Shown piece by piece: positions 55,291 to 61,319 of a DNA stretch of 61,319 bases. The stretch's first letter is position 1, and every line of letters starts with the position of its first letter. Where the stretch lies: contig CAZBTU010000003.1 of the NCBI GenBank assembly GCA_964494905.1, positions 1-61,319 of the forward strand, given 5' to 3'. Below the pieces are notes generated by a model, which worked only from the letters and a program-made list of their open reading frames with translations, did no database searches and had not been told where the DNA came from. Source of the stretch: an uncultured Pseudomonadales bacterium (GTDB lineage: Bacteria > Patescibacteriota > Microgenomatia > UBA1400 > PJMF01). A program made the position numbers and the translations under genes.

Positions 55291-56580
55291 ATGTTAGATA
55301 TACATTATATTCGAGAAAAAGCTGAAACAATCAAAGCTGCATGCAGGAACAAGAACCTCAATCCATCTGTTGTCGACCAACTCCTTAGTGCAGACGTGAA
55401 TCGACGCGAATACCAACAACAGGTTGATGAATTGCGAAGACAGAGCAATGCTCAGGCTACCGAGATTAAAGCCGCGGTACAAACTGGCAAGAAGCCACAA
55501 CCTGAACAAATTCAGGCAGGGAAAGCAATCAAACAACAACTACAAGAATTAGAGCCCCAGCTTAAGGATTTAGAATCTCTATACAACGAATTGATGTACC
55601 AGATTCCAAACGTCCCTGCTACATCCGTCCCGATCGGCAAAGACGAAACTGAAAATAAAGTAGTACGCCAACAGGGGACGCTTCCCAAGTTTGATTTTCC
55701 AGTTAAACAGCATCAAGAACTTATGGAAGCGCTCGATATACTTGATACTAAACGAGCAACCAAAATTGCCGGATTTAGAGGTTACTTTCTCAAAAATCAA
55801 GGTTTGCTGTTAGAACAGGCAGTGTTGCAATATGCAATGCAACTGCTAGTCGAGGAAGGCTTCACGCCGATGTCCGCTCCCATTTTAGTTAATCAAGTAG
55901 CTTTGCTCGGTACGGGTTACTTCCCATGGGGTGCAGAAGACCACTATCGCACCCAAGATGATCAAATACTTGCCGGAACTGCTGAGGTTGCTTTGACCTC
56001 ATATCACATGGATGAGACACTTACTGAGAAGGATCTGCCTATTAAAATGGTGGGAATTTCCCCATGCTTCCGACGTGAGATTGGCTCTTACGGCAAAGAT
56101 ACACAAGGTATTGTCCGGGTGCATCAATTTAATAAAGTAGAGCAAGTGGTGTACACTGTTGCCGATGAAGCTGTCACTGAAAACTGGCACGAAAAAATGC
56201 TCGGTTACGCAGAAGTTTTATTGAATAAACTTGAGCTACCCTACCAAGTCTTGCTTATGTGTACCGGTGACATGGGCGCAGGACAGCGAAAAAAATACGA
56301 TGTTGAAACTTGGTTTCCTGCCCAACAAAAGTATCGCGAAACTCATTCAGCTAGTTACTTCAATGACTTCCAATCCCGTAGACTCAATATTCGCTACAAA
56401 GCGGCTGATGGCACAACAAAGTTTGTATACACGCTAAACAATACCATGGCAGCCACGCCAAGGCTTCTGGCGGCAATTATAGAGAATTATCAGCAAGCTG
56501 ACGGATCGATCGCTGTCCCCAAAGTGCTTCAGCAACTTTGTGGGTTTAGCTCAATCAAACAAAAAACACAAGCACGTTAG
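55291..56580 (+). CDS. serS: Serine--tRNA ligase
   Basis: FRREIGSYGKDTQGIVRVHQFNKVE (motif 2) and TLNNTMAATPRLLAAIIENYQ (motif 3 region). The ATG at 55291 has AAAGGAAG just upstream. The track extension back to 55168 covers the T-box terminator. Confidence 0.9.
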   Translation: MLDIHYIREKAETIKAACRNKNLNPSVVDQLLSADVNRREYQQQVDELRRQSNAQATEIKAAVQTGKKPQPEQIQAGKAIKQQLQELEPQLKDLESLYNELMYQIPNVPATSVPIGKDETENKVVRQQGTLPKFDFPVKQHQELMEALDILDTKRATKIAGFRGYFLKNQGLLLEQAVLQYAMQLLVEEGFTPMSAPILVNQVALLGTGYFPWGAEDHYRTQDDQILAGTAEVALTSYHMDETLTEKDLPIKMVGISPCFRREIGSYGKDTQGIVRVHQFNKVEQVVYTVADEAVTENWHEKMLGYAEVLLNKLELPYQVLLMCTGDMGAGQRKKYDVETWFPAQQKYRETHSASYFNDFQSRRLNIRYKAADGTTKFVYTLNNTMAATPRLLAAIIENYQQADGSIAVPKVLQQLCGFSSIKQKTQAR

Positions 56581-56610
56581 CATCAGAAATCTCTAATTCT
56601 TAAACTAGGT

Positions 56611-56638
56611 TTGACAAGTTGCCAAGTCTGGGTATACT
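56611..56638 (+). promoter_or_regulatory. Canonical sigma70-type promoter
   Basis: TTGACA (56611-56616), 16 nt, TATACT (56633-56638). Confidence 0.55.
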
Positions 56639-56678
56639 ACCTCTGGATTCAGTGATACCTGCCCCCACAATAAACCAA

Positions 56679-57194
56679 ATGTCCGAATATAGTTATACTG
56701 AAAAATACTACAAGGGCTTAACGGGGGACGACACAGGAACCTGTTTTGTGGCTGCATTAGAGTTACTGAGTCTCGATTCTTTCTCCGATGAGCTGTACCG
56801 ATTTTATCAGCAGGCATTCACCCTTCAAGAAACAGAGGGTGCGAGTAGCAAATATACCAAAACAGTCTTAAACTCTGTATTAAGATCGGTTCTTGAACAC
56901 GGTGGATTCTCAAGCTTGGTAAAACGAACAGCGCAGACTTTCAACGAATTCGAAGAGGTGCTCAACAAGTTAACTCAAGGTGGATTTCGCATTCTTATTT
57001 ATGTTGAAGACGGTCACGTTGTTGGACTCAAACAAGAAAATCAACACTGGAAAGTTGTTGGTACCTGGGCACCATTTGACACTTCCGAACTACTTTCTAC
57101 GGAAGAAATCTTCTCATACTTGTATATACCTCAAAAACGATCCGACGCAAATATCCTGGCAGTTCCAGCCGAAAGAAAAAACCATAGGAAGTGA
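56679..57194 (+). CDS. Hypothetical protein, possible papain/C39-like cysteine peptidase fold
   Basis: DDTGTCFVAALELL (candidate nucleophile Cys in a helix N-cap context) and VEDGHVVGL (candidate His). Start moved to the ATG at 56679 because the track TTG at 56619 lies inside the promoter. Confidence 0.35.
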   Translation: MSEYSYTEKYYKGLTGDDTGTCFVAALELLSLDSFSDELYRFYQQAFTLQETEGASSKYTKTVLNSVLRSVLEHGGFSSLVKRTAQTFNEFEEVLNKLTQGGFRILIYVEDGHVVGLKQENQHWKVVGTWAPFDTSELLSTEEIFSYLYIPQKRSDANILAVPAERKNHRK

Positions 57195-57266
57195 AGTGAC
57201 GCAGCTACAGACAATTTCTTTTTGCTCTCCCAAACTCTGCTGCTTTCTGTGATAATATGAGGCTCT

Positions 57267-60203
57267 ATGTTTAAATTCTTATCTAGAATATTTGACGAAA
57301 ATCAAAAATCACTTAACAGGTACCAACAAGTCCTCGAGTTGATAAACAATCAAGAATCGAAGATTGCTTCCTTGAGCGATAAACAGTTAGCTGCCCAAAC
57401 TCATAAATTCAAAGAGATAATCTCGCAAAAACAAACACAAGGTGTGCCTGACAAAACTATTCTTGACGAACTTCTACCAGAGGTATTCGCTACAGTACGA
57501 GAAGCATCACGAAGAGTACTTGGAATGAGGCACTTCGATGTGCAGCTCCTTGCTGGCATCGCACTTCACCATGGAACCATCACTGAGCAGAAGACAGGTG
57601 AAGGCAAGACCCTAACCGTGACCGCTCCCTTATACCTAAATGCATTGCTAGGCAAAGGTGCTCATCTCGTGACTGTGAATGACTATCTTGCTGAGCTCGG
57701 AGTAGGCTGGATGGGACCAATCTACCATTTTTTGGGACTCACTAGTGCGGTCATAATCCATGACAAGTCATACCAATACAATCCTGACGCTGAGAGTGAA
57801 GAACGAGGCGACGAGAGACTTGAACATTTTCAAACTATCACCAGAGTAGCTGCTTATGCTGCTGATATTACATACGGAACAAATAATGAGTTTGGTTTTG
57901 ATTACCTGCGAGACAACATGGTCAGATCACTCGATGATATGGTCCAACGAGTCGACACGCCGCACTACTACACCATTGTCGATGAGGCTGACTCAATTTT
58001 GATAGATGAGGCCAGAACACCACTCATCATTTCCATGCCGGATGTGGAACCAACCAAAAAATACTATGATTACGCAAAAATGGTCATCAGTCTTAACAAA
58101 GACATTGATTATCACCTGGATGAGAAGGCAAGAAGTGTCACCTTGACGGATCTTGGTGTCAAGCGAATTGAACAGAAACTTGGGGTGGACAACCTATATG
58201 AAGAAAGCTTTGATACCATTCACCACATTGAGTCTGCGCTCAAAGCAAAAACTTTATATCTCAGAGACAAGGAATATATTGTCCGCGAGGGTCAAGTCAT
58301 AATTGTCGACGAACACACCGGACGATTGATGTACGGTCGTCGTTACTCCGATGGTTTGCATCAAGCCATAGAAGCGAAAGAAGGTGCTCAGATTCAACAA
58401 GAGTCACGCACACTGGCTACCATATCCCTGCAAAATTACTTTCGTTTGTATGAGCGACTCAGTGGTATGACCGGTACGGCTGCGACCGAAGCAGAGGAGT
58501 TTAAGAAGATCTATGACGTTGAAGTCCTCGTTATTCCCACAAACGTGCCTGTTGTCAGAGAGGATAAGCCTGACCAAGTCTACAAGTCCACTGGCGCAAA
58601 GTACGGGGCGATCGTGCGTGCTGTCGCCGAAATTCACGAAACCGGCCGACCAATTTTACTGGGAACTCGATCAATAGAGCACAATCAAATCATCTCTGAT
58701 TTATTAAAACGCAAAGGTGTTCCACACCAAGTATTGAATGCAAAAAACCATGAAAAAGAAGCATTTATCATTGCCGACGCGGGAAAAAATGGAGCTATCA
58801 CAGTTGCTACCAACATTGCAGGTCGCGGTGTTGATATTGTCTTAGGTGGTTCGAAACCTGAACTCAAGGATTACCGCAAAAAATCTGTAAAGGCTGGTCA
58901 AGAAAAGGAAGCACAAAAAGAAGCAGTTGCTCTAGGTCTTCGACTCCCTCCCTCTGTTAACCCAGCTGAGTACAAGTTGGGAATGTACGCAAATGCCTTA
59001 GCTCAATGGCAAGCAGCTCATGATGATATTGTTGCCGCTGGTGGACTGTACATCGTCGGAACTGAGCGCCATGAATCACGGCGAATTGATAATCAGCTCA
59101 GAGGTCGTTCTGGAAGACAAGGCGATCCAGGCACCACCCAGTTTTTTGTTTCACTCGAAGACGAAATCATGAGGATTTTTGGCGGTGAACAAATTGCAAA
59201 AATAATGGACTTCCTCAAAATTGATGAAAACATGCCCATTGAGCATTCCATGGTAAGCAAATCAATCGAGTCAGCCCAAGTCAAAGTGGAAGGCTTCTTC
59301 TTTGACCAACGAAAAAGACTGGTTGAGTTCGATGACGTCATGAATAAACAACGTGAAGTAATTTATCAACGCCGTCGTCGATTATTGGAGCAAGCAAGCA
59401 CAACTCCCGACTCGGTACCGGGTGCAGATTCCCTTACTCAACTCATAAAAAGTTATGTTGACCACGAAGTGACCACTCTAGTAAGCCTTTATGCACCGAA
59501 AGGCTTCACACCACAAGAATACGAAGCTATCATCAAGGAGTTTTGTAAAATTATCCCATTTGACCAAGCTTCCCAAAAACAATTGATGTCCAAAATAAGC
59601 ACTCAGACTGATGTCGAAGCAATTAGCCAAACACTCAGCGATGTTGCTGAAGACGTATACCGATCAAAAGAACAACAACTTGGTAGTACCAGTATGCGTG
59701 AGCTTGAGCGAATAGTAACACTCACAACTCTGGATCAAAAGTGGATGGATCATTTAGATGCTATGGACTCGCTCAGAGAAGGAATATGGCTACGAGGTGA
59801 TAAAAAAACTGTGCTTTCTGAATACAAAAAAGAGGCTTTTGCTATGTTCGAAGCGTTAGTTGCTTCAATAGAAGCCAGTATTGCGAGCGCTGTCTATCGT
59901 GCTGTACCAAACCGCCTAACAACCAAGACAACACAACTTAATAAGGCTGTTGAACACAAAGAAGTACTCACCGGTTCACTAGCCGAAGAGGTTGCCGCGG
60001 TCGAGCCTCCTTCAGTTCGTCCAGTGAATGCAAAAGGTTCTCTCGCTGATCTAGCTCAAGCACTTGGATCAACCACAACAAACAAAAAAGCTACTCCCGG
60101 CAGTGCCCAAGTAAAAATCGGCAGGAATGATCCGTGCCCTTGCGGCAGTGGTCTGAAGTACAAGAAATGCGGATTAATTAATGCTGCAGTGCACAGAGCT
60201 TGA
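57267..60203 (+). CDS. secA: Preprotein translocase ATPase SecA
   Basis: MRHFDVQLLAG, TGEGKTL Walker A, DEADSILIDEARTPLII, TERHESRRIDNQLRGRSGRQGDPG, and C-terminal zinc motif CPCGSGLKYKKCG. Confidence 0.93.
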   Translation: MFKFLSRIFDENQKSLNRYQQVLELINNQESKIASLSDKQLAAQTHKFKEIISQKQTQGVPDKTILDELLPEVFATVREASRRVLGMRHFDVQLLAGIALHHGTITEQKTGEGKTLTVTAPLYLNALLGKGAHLVTVNDYLAELGVGWMGPIYHFLGLTSAVIIHDKSYQYNPDAESEERGDERLEHFQTITRVAAYAADITYGTNNEFGFDYLRDNMVRSLDDMVQRVDTPHYYTIVDEADSILIDEARTPLIISMPDVEPTKKYYDYAKMVISLNKDIDYHLDEKARSVTLTDLGVKRIEQKLGVDNLYEESFDTIHHIESALKAKTLYLRDKEYIVREGQVIIVDEHTGRLMYGRRYSDGLHQAIEAKEGAQIQQESRTLATISLQNYFRLYERLSGMTGTAATEAEEFKKIYDVEVLVIPTNVPVVREDKPDQVYKSTGAKYGAIVRAVAEIHETGRPILLGTRSIEHNQIISDLLKRKGVPHQVLNAKNHEKEAFIIADAGKNGAITVATNIAGRGVDIVLGGSKPELKDYRKKSVKAGQEKEAQKEAVALGLRLPPSVNPAEYKLGMYANALAQWQAAHDDIVAAGGLYIVGTERHESRRIDNQLRGRSGRQGDPGTTQFFVSLEDEIMRIFGGEQIAKIMDFLKIDENMPIEHSMVSKSIESAQVKVEGFFFDQRKRLVEFDDVMNKQREVIYQRRRRLLEQASTTPDSVPGADSLTQLIKSYVDHEVTTLVSLYAPKGFTPQEYEAIIKEFCKIIPFDQASQKQLMSKISTQTDVEAISQTLSDVAEDVYRSKEQQLGSTSMRELERIVTLTTLDQKWMDHLDAMDSLREGIWLRGDKKTVLSEYKKEAFAMFEALVASIEASIASAVYRAVPNRLTTKTTQLNKAVEHKEVLTGSLAEEVAAVEPPSVRPVNAKGSLADLAQALGSTTTNKKATPGSAQVKIGRNDPCPCGSGLKYKKCGLINAAVHRA

Positions 60204-60235
60204 CATCCTGCGTATAATTAATAACCATAACTGAA

Positions 60236-60386
60236 TAAAAGCACTAGAGTTTGGTTTCCCGCCAAACAAGCTGCATGCGAGGAGCATGACGGAAGGGCAC
60301 CGTAAAAATGTACCCAAAGTGTGTCGCGAGAGCGGAGCACTCAAAGATGTAGTGGAGACTGAACGCACTGGTGTGCGTTTTTTTTA
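60236..60386 (+). promoter_or_regulatory. Structured leader RNA with an intrinsic terminator upstream of prs copy 2 (candidate riboswitch, class unassigned)
   Basis: Hairpins: GTTTGG-tttcccg-CCAAAC; CATGC-gagga-GCATG; GGGCAC-cgtaaaaat-GTACCC; GTG-t-CGC-GAGA-GCG-ga-CAC. Terminator ACGCAC-tggt-GTGCGT + T8 at 60363-60386. GTGTGT (60319-60324) can alternatively pair with ACGCAC. A TATAAT lies at 60213-60218. Confidence 0.45.
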
Positions 60387-60495
60387 TTCCAAACTATATG
60401 CAGCAAGGTGGTGCCACGAGTATCCAAGCAGGATTAGAAAAAATGGGTTACTCTTCCAAGTAGCAAACTCAGGCAATCTTGAGTACAATCACCAT

Positions 60496-61319
60496 ATGAA
60501 ACTCCTTTCTGGTTCTTCTAATCTACCTCTAGCACAATCAATTGCTCAAGGTTTGCAAATTCCTTTAGTGAACGCGGAGATAACTCATTTTGCAAATAAT
60601 GAGCGTAGGGTCTGGATAAAAGATGATGTCCGTGGCGAAAACGTAGTTCTTGTTCAGTCATTCTCTGACCCTGCGGACGAGCACATTATGGAGTTTCTGC
60701 TTATGGTTGATGCATTAGAAAGAATGGGTGCACGCCATGTCAATGCAGTGATACCTTGGATGGGGTACTCACTCCAAGACAAAGTGTTCCGCTATGGAGA
60801 GCCAATTGCTGCCAAGGTTGTTGCAAACTTAGTCTCAAATACGTACGTGAAACGGGTATTCCTACTCGATCTTCATAACACTAGCACTCCCGGTTTTTTC
60901 TCCATTCCTTCTGTACACGTCAGCGCACTACAGCTATTTGCCCAATACATCAAAGATAAATTTGATCAGAATAATTTAATAGTCGCGAGTCCAGATTTTG
61001 GTGGACTCAAACGCGCCAGAACGTTTGCAGATGTCTTGAACACAGAACTAATCAATATCGATAAACACAGAGACTTAACAACTGGGGAAGTTTCGGCACA
61101 GAGCGTACAAGGTGGTTCGGCCAAAGGAAAAACTGTTGTATTATTTGATGACTGTGTGTTGTCCGGAGCGACAGTTCTTGAAGCAGCGGCATTGCTCAAA
61201 AAAGAGGGTGCTCAAGAGGTTCACTTTGTGGCAACGCATGGACTATTCACGGGTGATGCACTAGCTAAGCTGGCTCAGTCTGACTGCGACAGCATTATCA
61301 CTACCAACTCAATCGCACA
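60496..61319 (+). CDS. prs: Ribose-phosphate pyrophosphokinase (PRPP synthetase), copy 2, 3'-truncated by the window edge
   Basis: Hand translation from the ATG at 60496: MKLLSGSSNLPLAQSIAQGL...FANNERRVWI...VIPWMGYSLQDK...VVLFDDCVLSGATV. Classic Prs N-terminus and PRPP loop. Absent from the ORF track because no stop codon falls inside the window. Confidence 0.85.
   Translation, partial: MKLLSGSSNLPLAQSIAQGLQIPLVNAEITHFANNERRVWIKDDVRGENVVLVQSFSDPADEHIMEFLLMVDALERMGARHVNAVIPWMGYSLQDKVFRYGEPIAAKVVANLVSNTYVKRVFLLDLHNTSTPGFFSIPSVHVSALQLFAQYIKDKFDQNNLIVASPDFGGLKRARTFADVLNTELINIDKHRDLTTGEVSAQSVQGGSAKGKTVVLFDDCVLSGATVLEAAALLKKEGAQEVHFVATHGLFTGDALAKLAQSDCDSIITTNSIA

Noticed and set aside
60200-60218. 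TTGACA (60200-60205) + TATAAT (60213-60218) as a promoter pair at the secA stop
   Set aside because: The spacer is only 7 nt, so the two hexamers cannot work together. Only the -10-like element is noted.
60236-60386. The structured RNA after secA as SRP (4.5S) RNA
   Set aside because: The GAGA-capped hairpin carries an AGCA on its 3' side. However, the conserved 5' AGG of the symmetric loop and the GGAA/GNAR context of domain IV do not line up. An intrinsic terminator and a downstream gene fit a cis-regulatory leader better.

Overview
The window reads as a chromosomal segment of a small-genome bacterium using the standard genetic code. Long ORFs end at TGA, TAA and TAG. The gene content looks like Patescibacteria/CPR, Saccharibacteria-like; this is an inference from content only.

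The right two thirds (about 20.6-61.3 kb) is mostly housekeeping:
- a complete F1Fo ATP synthase operon (atpB-E-F-H-A-G-D-C)
- greA, lysS, serS behind a T-box leader, secA, and two prs paralogs
- truB, mutM/fpg, ldh, a split transketolase, and tRNA-Lys(UUU)
- an alpha-glucan cluster (GH15, GH57, glycosyltransferase, BadF-type sugar kinase)
- an M16 PreP-like peptidase
- a Nudix / P-loop kinase / HAD / macro-domain cluster

The left third is accessory.
- Positions 1 to about 8090 form a visibly AT-rich cassette island. It carries an APH(6)-type aminoglycoside kinase, a 2-TM protein, two class II Fic proteins and a 1148-aa orphan protein. A same-orientation repeat sits in four of its intergenic junctions plus just beyond each outer gene.
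- Each Fic gene has its own phased triple 7-mer repeat laid over a near-leaderless promoter. A third, orphan copy of this architecture also exists.
- Positions 8.1-20.6 kb hold orphan genes: a PD-(D/E)xK-like protein and an 820-aa protein with a degenerate DHH/DHHA1-like region.
- The same stretch holds a sulfotransferase plus a bifunctional ATP-sulfurylase/APS-kinase (a PAPS sulfation module).
- It also holds a translationally coupled minus-strand operon with an MFS transporter and an alpha/beta hydrolase.

Other oddities:
- a roughly 93-aa acidic insertion in ATP synthase subunit a
- a delta subunit cut down to 82 aa
- a LysRS with a C-terminal HD-hydrolase fusion
- a structured, terminator-ended leader upstream of the second prs gene

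No CRISPR array, rRNA, transposase or integrase was seen. All functional calls come from motif recognition by eye, not from searches.
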